DNA of 64,000 nt from a bacterium. GTDB lineage: Bacteria; Electryoneota; Electryoneia; Electryoneales; Electryoneaceae. The notes below the pieces were generated by a model that worked only from the letters and a program-made list of their open reading frames with translations, was not told the DNA's origin and made no database searches. This document shows positions 55,588-64,000 of this stretch, piece by piece. The translations under genes were made by a program, and so were the position numbers. The stretch covers positions 1,024,001-1,088,000 of the forward strand of contig CAXXKJ010000002.1 in assembly GCA_963675295.2 (NCBI GenBank), given 5' to 3'. Within the stretch, counting starts at the first letter, position 1; each line of letters starts with the position of its first letter.

Positions 55588-56086
55588 GGAGTGGCCGAGG
55601 AGGTTGGACGGTCGCCTGCGTCTCGTCAATGCTGCTTGGAAAGCCGCGCTTGAGGTGGGACAGGGGAGGAAAGTCCGAACTCCAGAGGACAGGATGCCGG
55701 CTAACCGCCGGGCGCCGTGAGGCGACGGACAGTGCAGCAGAGAACAGACCGCCGATGGCCGGGGCGGAGGCGTGACACAGGATTGTCATGCGTCCGTCCC
55801 GGCACAGGCAAGGGTGAAACGGTGGGGTAAGAGCCCACCGCGCGGCTGGTAACAGGCGTGGCACGGTAAACCCCATCCGGAGCAAGGCCAAATAGGCGGG
55901 GAGGCCACTGAGGAAGTGCCCGTGTTTGCTTGCAAACGCGGTCGTTCCGGCCACGTGATTGTCCGTCACGGTTGCACCCGCGGGTAGGCTGCGTCGAGCG
56001 CGTTGGAAACAAGGCGCCCAGATCGATGACCGTCACTCTCCTCTGTGAGAGTACAGAATTCGGCTTACAGACCCCCTCACCGCTCC
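55588..56086 (+). ncRNA. rnpB: RNase P RNA, bacterial type A, unusually long (about 480-500 nt)
   Basis: GAGGAAAGTCC (CR I), AGTGCAGCAGAGAAC, AGGGTGAAACGG, GGTAAGAGC, GGTAAACCCC, GAGCAAG, ACAGAATTCGGCTTA (CR V); the 5' and 3' ends pair as P1. Ends are approximate. Confidence 0.93.
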
Positions 56087-56220
56087 CTGATCTTTGAGAG
56101 GAACCGTCGAGCACCTGCCGGATTGTTGAACCGGAGTGTGAGTGCCGACGACATGACGCCGGAACAAATACCCCGGCGTCCCCAGGCTTTGAAACACGTG
56201 AACAACCGATAGATTCTAAC

Positions 56221-57948
56221 ATGCTGAAACACTGGGAGTTGGCTGCAGAGGCCGACTCCGCGTCTGTGCTCGCCCTGTCTCGTGAGATGGGAGTGAAACC
56301 AGTCGTGGCCCGTTTGCTTCTGCAACGGGGCATTGAGACCCCCGAACAGGCGGACGCGTTCTTTCATCCGGAACGTTCCGCTCTGCACGATCCTTTCCTC
56401 TTCAAGCACATGGAAGTCGCGGTCGAACGCGTCATCCGTGCCCTGCAGGACAAGCAGCTGATTTACATCTTCGGCGACTACGACGTGGATGGTATCACGT
56501 CGTGCAGTCTGCTGTATCTCTTTTTCCGTGACCTCGGCGGCAATGTCCGCTACTACATCCCGAACCGTGAGGACGAGGGATATGGCGTCTCGGTGGAGGG
56601 GGTAGAGCTGGCGAAGCGAGCCGGCGCGGAGTTGTTGATCACGGTGGATTGCGGGATCACGGCGGTCGAGGAAGTACACCGCGCCCGTGAGCTGGATATG
56701 GACATCATCGTCTCCGACCACCACCAGGCTGGCGAGGAGATTCCGGAAGCGCTGGCGGTGATCAACCCGAAGCTGCCGGGATCAACCTATCCGTTCAAGG
56801 AGCTGGCCGGCTGCGGGGTCGCGTTCAAATTGGCGCAGGCGGTCGCGAAGCAGCTCGAGCTTGGCGAAAGCTACCTCGACCGCTATCTCGACCTTGTTGC
56901 GGTGGGGACCGCGGCGGATATAGTCCCCCTCGTCGATGAAAACCGCATTCTCGTCAACCTTGGCTTGAAGAAGGTGAACCGGGACCCGTTGATCGGGCTG
57001 GCAGCGTTGATCGAAACCGCGCATCTGCGTGGCGGCCAGATTGATGTCGGCCAGATCATTTACGGCATCGCGCCACGGATCAATGCCGTCGGGCGTCTCG
57101 GCTCCGCCGACCGTGCGGTCGACCTGATGATCACGCAGAATGCCGAGCGCGCGCGTCATCTGAGCATGGAGCTGGAGCAGGAAAACCGCAACCGGCGCCG
57201 GATTGACACCCATACCCTAGACGAAGCACTCGCGGAAGCGGAGGAGACGCACGATCCGGAAGAGGATTACGGGCTCGTGCTCGCGCGCGACGAATGGCAC
57301 GGCGGGGTGATCGGGATCGTCGCCAGCCGTTTGATCGAGAAGTATTACCGTCCGACGGTGATGATCACGATCAAGGACGGTATCGGCAAGGGGTCCGCGC
57401 GTTCCATTCCTGGCTTCGACATCTACGACGCGCTCAACCAGTGCAACGATCTGCTCGAGCAGTTCGGCGGGCATACGTACGCCGCCGGCTTGTCGATCCG
57501 TTCGGAGAACATCGAAGAGTTCCGTCAACGGTTCAATGCAGTGGCCAAGGATTCGTTGACCGAAGAGGATTTGATTCCGAAGCTGCACATCGACGCCGAG
57601 CTTCCGTTGGAGCAGGTGAACGACGAGCTGCTGGAATACCTGAAGAAGTTTGCCCCGTTCGGACCGAACAACCCGATGCCGGCATTTGTCAGCTACGATG
57701 TCGCGTTGTCCGGCTATCCGCGGATTGTCGGCACGAATCACCTGAAGTTCAAGGTGCGGTCGTCCCGTTCGGTGATTGATTGCATCGGCTTTAATCTCGG
57801 TGACCGGCTGCAGCGGATGGACCCGAACCGTGCGACGAATCACATCGTGTACACGGTGCAGGAAAACGAGTGGATGGGGCGTGTTTACCTGCAGCTCCAC
57901 ATCCTCGACGTGAAGTCGGGTCCACATCCCGAGGTACGCAATGGATGA
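56221..57948 (+). CDS. recJ: Single-stranded DNA exonuclease RecJ
   Basis: GDYDVDG, P.R..EGYG, TVDCG, DHH, GT.ADIVPL, APRINA.GR, GSARS, FGGH..AAG motifs. Confidence 0.96.
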   Translation: MLKHWELAAEADSASVLALSREMGVKPVVARLLLQRGIETPEQADAFFHPERSALHDPFLFKHMEVAVERVIRALQDKQLIYIFGDYDVDGITSCSLLYLFFRDLGGNVRYYIPNREDEGYGVSVEGVELAKRAGAELLITVDCGITAVEEVHRARELDMDIIVSDHHQAGEEIPEALAVINPKLPGSTYPFKELAGCGVAFKLAQAVAKQLELGESYLDRYLDLVAVGTAADIVPLVDENRILVNLGLKKVNRDPLIGLAALIETAHLRGGQIDVGQIIYGIAPRINAVGRLGSADRAVDLMITQNAERARHLSMELEQENRNRRRIDTHTLDEALAEAEETHDPEEDYGLVLARDEWHGGVIGIVASRLIEKYYRPTVMITIKDGIGKGSARSIPGFDIYDALNQCNDLLEQFGGHTYAAGLSIRSENIEEFRQRFNAVAKDSLTEEDLIPKLHIDAELPLEQVNDELLEYLKKFAPFGPNNPMPAFVSYDVALSGYPRIVGTNHLKFKVRSSRSVIDCIGFNLGDRLQRMDPNRATNHIVYTVQENEWMGRVYLQLHILDVKSGPHPEVRNG

Positions 57949-58633
57949 GGTTTCCGACTCTGTTACCGGTTTGGCGTTGCACCAGGATTTTGTGCTGCTG
58001 GCATTGAATCCGGAAACCGGTCAGTTTCGTGGGAACTTTCAGTCATACGCCTGCGCCGGCGCGGTGATCATGGAGTTGGCGCTACGCGGTCATATCTCGG
58101 CCGAGGGCAAGAAGGTCATGGTCGCCGGCAACGCCGCATTCGGTGATCCGATTGTCGACCGGATGCTGGAGCAGATCAGCTCCGCGAAACGGCCCAAGTC
58201 ATTGCGGGGCTGGGTGTCCAAGCTGGGCGGGCGGAGCAAGCTGACGCATGAGATCGCGCAAACGCTGGAAACACGCGGGATTGTGCGTTCTGAACGCAAG
58301 CGGTTCCTCGGTCTCATCCCCTACACGACCTACCCGTTGATCGATCCGGGGCCACGTGACCGTCTGGTTACGGATCTGCGTCACGCCTCGCTGGAGGCGG
58401 AGATTCCGCCGGTTCGCCTTTCCACCCTCGCCGCGTTTTGCGATTCCACCGGCATTCTGCGCCATTTCTTCGACCGGCAGGAGCGTTCACTGGTGAAGAA
58501 ACGGCTGAAACAGTGGAAAAAGGACGACGTCTACGCCCGCGCGGTTGGAGAGACCATTGCCGGGGTGCAGGCGGCGGTCGCGTCCGCAGTGGCGGTCAGC
58601 GCGGCGGCAGCGAGTACCTCCGGCGGTTCCTGA
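57941..58633 (+). CDS. GPP34 (GOLPH3/Vps74-like) family protein
   Basis: L.LLAL, AGAVIMELAL.G.I, L..RGIVR.E.KRFLGL.P...YP motifs; Ala-rich tail; overlaps the recJ stop. Confidence 0.75.
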   Translation: MDEVSDSVTGLALHQDFVLLALNPETGQFRGNFQSYACAGAVIMELALRGHISAEGKKVMVAGNAAFGDPIVDRMLEQISSAKRPKSLRGWVSKLGGRSKLTHEIAQTLETRGIVRSERKRFLGLIPYTTYPLIDPGPRDRLVTDLRHASLEAEIPPVRLSTLAAFCDSTGILRHFFDRQERSLVKKRLKQWKKDDVYARAVGETIAGVQAAVASAVAVSAAAASTSGGS

Positions 58634-58748
58634 TCCTTTTTTCCCGATGTAACCTGATTCTCCTGCTCTTATTCCCGCACCCAGTGCATAATTTCCGTAC
58701 TCATGCTGCCCAGGAATTTTGGCAGGTCCGATCACTGTGCTCCGATTC

Positions 58749-58777
58749 TTGACTCTCCTCTTGTTTAGTTTCATACT
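58749..58777 (+). promoter_or_regulatory. Candidate sigma70 promoter
   Basis: TTGACT-N17-CATACT. Confidence 0.5.
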
Positions 58778-58867
58778 TAAGTCGTTCGTAATCCTGAAGA
58801 TCGCACCAGTTTCCGCAGATAGAGCAGAGAGTGAGAAAGTTTTGTTAGCACAATTTTTTCTGGATTG

Positions 58868-58891
58868 AAATGTTAGGCTAGCCTATCTTGG
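58868..58891. promoter_or_regulatory. Palindromic operator, DtxR/IdeR-box-like
   Basis: Perfect 12-bp palindrome TAGGCTAGCCTA at 58874-58885; 14/19 match to TTAGGTTAGCCTAACCTAA by manual alignment. Confidence 0.4.
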
Positions 58892-58970
58892 GCCAACCGT
58901 TGCGTCAGGGGGGATGAGACGGTACGACGGATTTACTGAGTACAGCTTACACTGTTTAAGGGAGAGAAAG

Positions 58971-60191
58971 ATGAAGAAGACACTTCTGACGCTTTGTGCG
59001 GTCGTAGGAATTGCATCCATGGCAATGGCGTATTCTGGTGGCCCGCCCGCTGGCTATGCCGGCAACAACGGGTCGTATTGCACGCAGTGTCACAGCAGTT
59101 TCGGGTTGAATTCCGGTGATGGCATGCTCGATTTGACTCAGATGACCGAGTATACGCCGGGCGAGACCTACACGATGGAAGTGATGTTGAGTGACCAGGG
59201 TCAGAACCGCTGGGGTTTCCAAGTCGCGGCGGAAGATGGCGGCGGCAGTTTCGCCGGCATGTTCGCGATCACGGATCCGACGAACACTCAGCTGAACAGC
59301 AGTAACTATGTCAACCACACGTCAGCCGGCACCAACGCTGGTGATCCGAGCGGCAACATGTGGACGTTTGACTGGACGGCTCCGGCAGCTGGTACCGGCC
59401 CGGTGACGTTCTATGTGGCGGGTAACGCAGCCAATAACAACTTCAGCAGCTCGGGCGACTACATCTACGCGATCGAAATGACGGTGGATGAAGCGGCTCC
59501 GGCTTTGTATGGTCTGACCACGACCGGCATCAACACCATGATTCCGGCGTCCGGTGGCAACGTGACCTACAGCATTGATTTCTTCACCAACGTGCCGCAG
59601 TCGTTCAGCAACGTGAACTACTGGACAACGGTGACTCTGCCGGACGGCAGCGAATCCAACCGTCTTGCGTTCATCACGACGAATGTTCCGGCGAACGCCG
59701 ACATCTTCATTCCGATGATGGCGCAGGAAATTCCGTCGTTCGCACCGGCTGGCATGTACACGCACAACTCGTTCCTGGGCTACTTCCCGAACGCTGTGTT
59801 GATGGATTCGTTCAGCTTCGAGAAGTCGGCGAACGGTTCGAACTCGGTGCCGGTGCATGGTTGGGACGCGTCCGGTGAGTGGCTGGAAGTGACCGCCGAC
59901 GGCGAGTCGGTTGTCGACCTGCCGACCGAGTACGCGCTCAATGCGGCGTACCCGAATCCGTTCAACGCGATGACGAACGTTTCGGTGACGTTGCCGGAAA
60001 CCGCGGACATGAAGTTGCGCGTGACCAACCTGCAGGGTCAGGAAGTTGCGATCCTCAGCGAGGGTAGGCTCAGCGCGGGTCAGCATACGTTCAGCTTTGA
60101 CGCCGGCGACTTGAGCTCCGGCATGTACTTCATCCACGCGAATGTTCCGGGCAAGATGAGCCAGGTGCAGCGTGTAACACTGGTGAAGTAA
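58971..60191 (+). CDS. Secreted Reeler-like (choice-of-anchor V) domain protein with CxxCH and T9SS-type CTD
   Basis: Signal peptide; YSGGPP.G..G....CTQCH; YTPGETY; WGFQ; WTFDWTAP...GPVTFYVAGNAAN; YPNPFN...RVTLVK. Confidence 0.8.
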   Translation: MKKTLLTLCAVVGIASMAMAYSGGPPAGYAGNNGSYCTQCHSSFGLNSGDGMLDLTQMTEYTPGETYTMEVMLSDQGQNRWGFQVAAEDGGGSFAGMFAITDPTNTQLNSSNYVNHTSAGTNAGDPSGNMWTFDWTAPAAGTGPVTFYVAGNAANNNFSSSGDYIYAIEMTVDEAAPALYGLTTTGINTMIPASGGNVTYSIDFFTNVPQSFSNVNYWTTVTLPDGSESNRLAFITTNVPANADIFIPMMAQEIPSFAPAGMYTHNSFLGYFPNAVLMDSFSFEKSANGSNSVPVHGWDASGEWLEVTADGESVVDLPTEYALNAAYPNPFNAMTNVSVTLPETADMKLRVTNLQGQEVAILSEGRLSAGQHTFSFDAGDLSSGMYFIHANVPGKMSQVQRVTLVK

Positions 60192-60213
60192 CCACAAGCA
60201 GTATTGCGGTTTG

Positions 60214-60248
60214 AAAAACGCGGCCCTGCGGAGGTGGCCGCGTTTTTC
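60214..60248. terminator. Intrinsic terminator
   Basis: AAAAACGCGGCC...GGCCGCGTTTTT. Confidence 0.7.
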
Positions 60249-60446
60249 TTGTCTCGGACGGTTAACACGGTCAGCCCGAAAGTGTCTTCAGAGAAGGGAA
60301 CTCCGGGAGTTCTGGCGTATCCGGATGTAGTACAACTTTCGAGCTCGATTGCCGATATTAGGTGTTCCTAACACAGGAAACGTGAAAAACGCGAGAATAC
60401 CGAACCTGCGTTGAATATCGCAGGACAGGTTTGAGAGGGAGGTGTG

Positions 60447-63400
60447 ATGAAGCGGAAGGTTCTGATGCTGGCGGCGGCATTGATGCTGGTCGGCAGCGCA
60501 TGGGCGACGGTGATCAACGTGCCCGCGGATTACAGCACGATCAATCAGGCGATTGACAACGCGGTTGCCGGTGATACGGTGCTGGTCGCGGCGGGAACGT
60601 ACGCGGAATCCGTCGATTTCGACGGCAAGGAACTGGTCGTGCGTGGCGACGTCAACAACCCGGCGTTGGTCGTAATCGATGCGTCTGGACAGAGTGTTGG
60701 TGTGCGTCTCGACGGTGGTATCAGCAACGCGGCGGTGCTGGAAGGCTTCACGGTTGATGGCGCGACGAACAACATCTATGTCAACACCAATTCGAATCCG
60801 ACGGTCCGTCACAATGTGATCAGCAACGCGACCGACTATGCGATCTATGTGCTCGGCGGTTCTGGAATCAACGTTGATGGCAACAGCTACACTGGAAACG
60901 CGTTCGATGCGATTCGTGTCAACAACAACCGCATCAGCACCAGTGTCAATCTGACCAATGACGGCGTCCCGTATCATTTCCTCAACGACTGCTACGTGTG
61001 GGCATATGCAGGCGACCCGTTGGCAAAGCTGACCATTGATCCGGGCACGCAGTTGCTGTTTCAGGCGGACGTTGGTTTGCAGATCGGTACGCTGAGTGAT
61101 CGTCGCGGCGAGCTGCACGCCGTCGGTACGATGGCCGAGCCGATTGTGTTTGATGCGATCACCGGCGTCCCGGGTGAATGGGCCGGCCTGGTGTTCGGCA
61201 ACGGCAGCGACTACGCGCTGAGCGAGTCGACCCTGGACTGGTGCGAGATCAACAACGCCGGTGGACCAGGCCTTGGCGGCTTGGCCGGGATCGTGCTGGA
61301 TGACACCCAGCAGCCGACGATCAGCAATTGCACGATCACAAACAGTGCATCGCACGCGATGCTGCTCACCAACGGCGCGCATCCGGCGTCGATCACCAAC
61401 CTGACGGTTTCCGGCAACTCGCCGGACGCCATCGGCATCAACGGCAACACCTACTTCGACGACTGCTATTTCGATTCGGAAGGCGTGCCGTATGAAGTGC
61501 TCGGCAACCTGTTTGTCTGGGATTACAACGGTAATCCGATTCCGCGGATGACCATCGCGGCGGGCAACACCTTCCAGTTCACCGACGGCACCGGCATCCA
61601 GTTCGGTACACTGAGTGATCGTGCCGGTGAATTGTATGCGGTGGGTACGTTGAGCGAGCCGATTACGTTCACTTCTTCGTCCGGAGCGACGAGCGGCTGG
61701 AACGGTCTGCTCTTCGGCAACGGCAGCGACCACGACGAAGCCCAGTCGACGATGGAATACTGTGTCGTCGAATACGCCGGGCAGGAAGGCTGGGGATACC
61801 CGGCGGGTATCATCAGCGATGACACCTTCCAGCCGACGATCACCAACAGCGCGATCCGCAACAACGATGGCTACGCGGCGTTCTTTGACGGCAAGGCGTT
61901 CGCGACGATGTCGAATAACATCATCAACGGCAACACGATCAATGCGATCGGTGTTTCCGGTCACACGATCGATTACGATCTGACGTGGCTGGTCAACGAC
62001 GCGCCGTACCACGTGCTCGGCGACATTTACGTCTGGGATTACAGCTCGGCGACGTCCGCGCCGCGTGTCACGGTTGAGCCGGGCACGACGATCCTGTTCG
62101 CGGAAACCTTCGGTCTCGACATTGCGAACATCGCGGATCGTTGGGGCGAATTGTACGCCATCGGTACCGAGTCCAACCCGATCACCTTCGGCGCGATCAA
62201 CGGCATGCCCGGTGGCTGGGGCGGCATTCAGTTCAACGCCGGCAGTGACCACAGCAGCGCGAACTCAGTGCTGGACTATTGTGAACTCAAGCATGGCGGT
62301 CACCCGCGCTGGAACGGGGCGGAGGCGACGGTCAGCTCGTTCGCGACGGATGAGCCGAGCATCAGGCGCAGCACCTTCAGCGAATCGGGCGCGTATCCGT
62401 TGTACATCCATTCGGACGCCAGCCTGACATTGATCAACAATACCTACGTTGACAACGCGATCGAAGCGATTGCGTTTGAAGGCCGGACGTTGTCGGACGA
62501 CTACACCATCCAGAACGATGGCGAACCGTACCACATCTTGTCCTACGTGTACGTGCAGCGGACGTCGGTGCCGTACCCGACGCTGACGATTGAGCCGGGC
62601 GCGACGCTTCAGTTCGCCCAGGCGGCCGGGCTTCGTATCGGTGCCGGTTCCCCGTATGCCGGGATGCTGAACGCTGTCGGTACCGAAAGCTCGCCGATCA
62701 CGTTCACCTCGTTCACCGGCACCAGTGGTGGCTGGGGCGGCATACTGTTCGACAACGGGTCGGATACCGGAGACGCCGTCTCGACGATGGACTGGTGTAA
62801 CGTCAACCGTGCCGGCTACATCAGTTCGCTCGGGTTCGAGGCGAACATGCGTTGCTACCTGACATCCCAGCCGACGATCAGCAACAGCAGCTTCAACGGC
62901 TCGTCAGTGGACGGTCTCGTCCTCGATGGTTACCTCGGTGAGATCAGCGACAGCCGTGCGAGCCTGAACCAGGCGGACGGAATCGTGGTGCAGAACTCGA
63001 CGGTGACGCAGCTGATACGTGTCGAGGTGTCCGGCAACACGGATGACGGCCTCACGGTCGCCAACTCGCCGGACCTGATCGTCGGCGGCAATGCGGTCTC
63101 GACGTGCCAGTTGTACGGCAACGATGGCTACAATTTGCGTGTCGTCGCGGGCACGGACACGATCGCGGCGGGTTACAATTACTGGGGAACGCTCGTCCCG
63201 GCGCAAATCGAAGCTTCGATCTATGATTTCTTTGATGATCCGGCGCTTGGTGTGGTGGATTGGGAACCGGCGGTCAATGTCGGCACCGGCCAGAACGTGG
63301 TCATCGAGATGACGCCCTACCACAACCCGACGGTGATCGGTCCCGCTGGTGGCTACTTCCGCTTCACTGCCAGCATTGAGAACCAGGAAACGTTCACCAC

Positions 63401-64000
63401 GCAGATCGACGCGTGGTCGGAGTTCATCCTGCCGAACGGCTCGGTGTACGGACCGGTGGTGCTGTACGAAAACCTGAACCTTCCGGCGGGGTACACGTTG
63501 AGCGTATCGCCGTTCCAGGAAGTGCCTGGCTATGCGCCGACGGGTACGTACCAGTTCGTGGCGAAGGTGGGTGATTATCCGGCGGCGATTGATTCGTCAA
63601 GCTTCGAGATCCTGAAGATCGAGTTGAGCGCGGCGGATCGCTGGTTCCAGGGCTGGAACAATTACGGTTGGTTCGGCGCGGACGACGCGGACAAGATCGC
63701 GGAGCTGGAAGCGGCCGAAGCCACGGCAGACCTGCTGCCAACGGAGTTCGATGTGGGCAATGTCTATCCGAACCCGTTCAACGCGATGACGAACCTGCGG
63801 CTCGCGTTGCCGGAAGCCGCGCCGGTGAGCGTGGTGGTGTACAACGTCACCGGGCAGCGGGTGATGACGGTTGCGCGTGGCGACATGGCGGCGGGGTATC
63901 ACACGTTGACCGTGGACGGTTCCCGTCTCGCAAGTGGGCTTTATTTCGTCAGTACCGAGATCGCCGGCCACATGAACAGTGTGCAGCGGATGGTGTTGAT
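60447..64000 (+). CDS. Large right-handed parallel beta-helix secreted protein with T9SS-type CTD, 3'-truncated by the window
   Basis: GGAGG then ATG at 60447: MKRKVLMLAAALMLVGSAWATVINVPADYSTINQAID..GDTVLVAAGTY.E. Four ~172-aa repeats; ends YPNPFN...SGLYF...QRMVL in the same frame at the window edge. Absent from the ORF track because the stop lies outside. Confidence 0.85.
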   Translation, partial: MKRKVLMLAAALMLVGSAWATVINVPADYSTINQAIDNAVAGDTVLVAAGTYAESVDFDGKELVVRGDVNNPALVVIDASGQSVGVRLDGGISNAAVLEGFTVDGATNNIYVNTNSNPTVRHNVISNATDYAIYVLGGSGINVDGNSYTGNAFDAIRVNNNRISTSVNLTNDGVPYHFLNDCYVWAYAGDPLAKLTIDPGTQLLFQADVGLQIGTLSDRRGELHAVGTMAEPIVFDAITGVPGEWAGLVFGNGSDYALSESTLDWCEINNAGGPGLGGLAGIVLDDTQQPTISNCTITNSASHAMLLTNGAHPASITNLTVSGNSPDAIGINGNTYFDDCYFDSEGVPYEVLGNLFVWDYNGNPIPRMTIAAGNTFQFTDGTGIQFGTLSDRAGELYAVGTLSEPITFTSSSGATSGWNGLLFGNGSDHDEAQSTMEYCVVEYAGQEGWGYPAGIISDDTFQPTITNSAIRNNDGYAAFFDGKAFATMSNNIINGNTINAIGVSGHTIDYDLTWLVNDAPYHVLGDIYVWDYSSATSAPRVTVEPGTTILFAETFGLDIANIADRWGELYAIGTESNPITFGAINGMPGGWGGIQFNAGSDHSSANSVLDYCELKHGGHPRWNGAEATVSSFATDEPSIRRSTFSESGAYPLYIHSDASLTLINNTYVDNAIEAIAFEGRTLSDDYTIQNDGEPYHILSYVYVQRTSVPYPTLTIEPGATLQFAQAAGLRIGAGSPYAGMLNAVGTESSPITFTSFTGTSGGWGGILFDNGSDTGDAVSTMDWCNVNRAGYISSLGFEANMRCYLTSQPTISNSSFNGSSVDGLVLDGYLGEISDSRASLNQADGIVVQNSTVTQLIRVEVSGNTDDGLTVANSPDLIVGGNAVSTCQLYGNDGYNLRVVAGTDTIAAGYNYWGTLVPAQIEASIYDFFDDPALGVVDWEPAVNVGTGQNVVIEMTPYHNPTVIGPAGGYFRFTASIENQETFTTQIDAWSEFILPNGSVYGPVVLYENLNLPAGYTLSVSPFQEVPGYAPTGTYQFVAKVGDYPAAIDSSSFEILKIELSAADRWFQGWNNYGWFGADDADKIAELEAAEATADLLPTEFDVGNVYPNPFNAMTNLRLALPEAAPVSVVVYNVTGQRVMTVARGDMAAGYHTLTVDGSRLASGLYFVSTEIAGHMNSVQRMVL

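Noticed and set aside
60288-62252. 654-aa minus-strand ORF and similar long antisense ORFs (481-1326, 21767-23392, 40091-41698)
   Set aside because: Shadows of high-GC3 genes on the opposite strand, with no recognisable motifs.

Overview
A GC-rich bacterial chromosomal window. The many signal-peptide proteins ending in a T9SS/Por-type C-terminal sorting domain (CTD; PNPFN...G.Y...K..L.K), together with GGAGG ribosome-binding sites, suggest an FCB-superphylum bacterium outside the classical Bacteroidota (inference). Core genes are prfA-prmC, selD, a LeuD-like subunit, etfBA, greA, a ClC channel, tsaE, system II cytochrome c biogenesis, RNase P RNA and recJ. They are interleaved with nine CTD-bearing secreted proteins, one intact IS4 element and an AT-rich accessory block. 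Features the ORF track misses: (1) selD is a selenoprotein with an in-frame UGA and a SECIS-like hairpin; (2) the etfA 3' end recurs twice downstream, bracketing integrase-less cargo, each copy followed by a 7-nt-period tract; (3) a 28-bp palindromic element is shared exactly between an intergenic hairpin array and the inside of the RNase P RNA gene; (4) 7-nt-period tracts repeatedly abut stop codons; (5) eight secreted proteins share a ~100-aa pre-CTD domain and several share an [I/L]D junction motif; (6) a >1180-codon beta-helix gene runs off the window end. All calls come from reading the sequence; no database searches were run.
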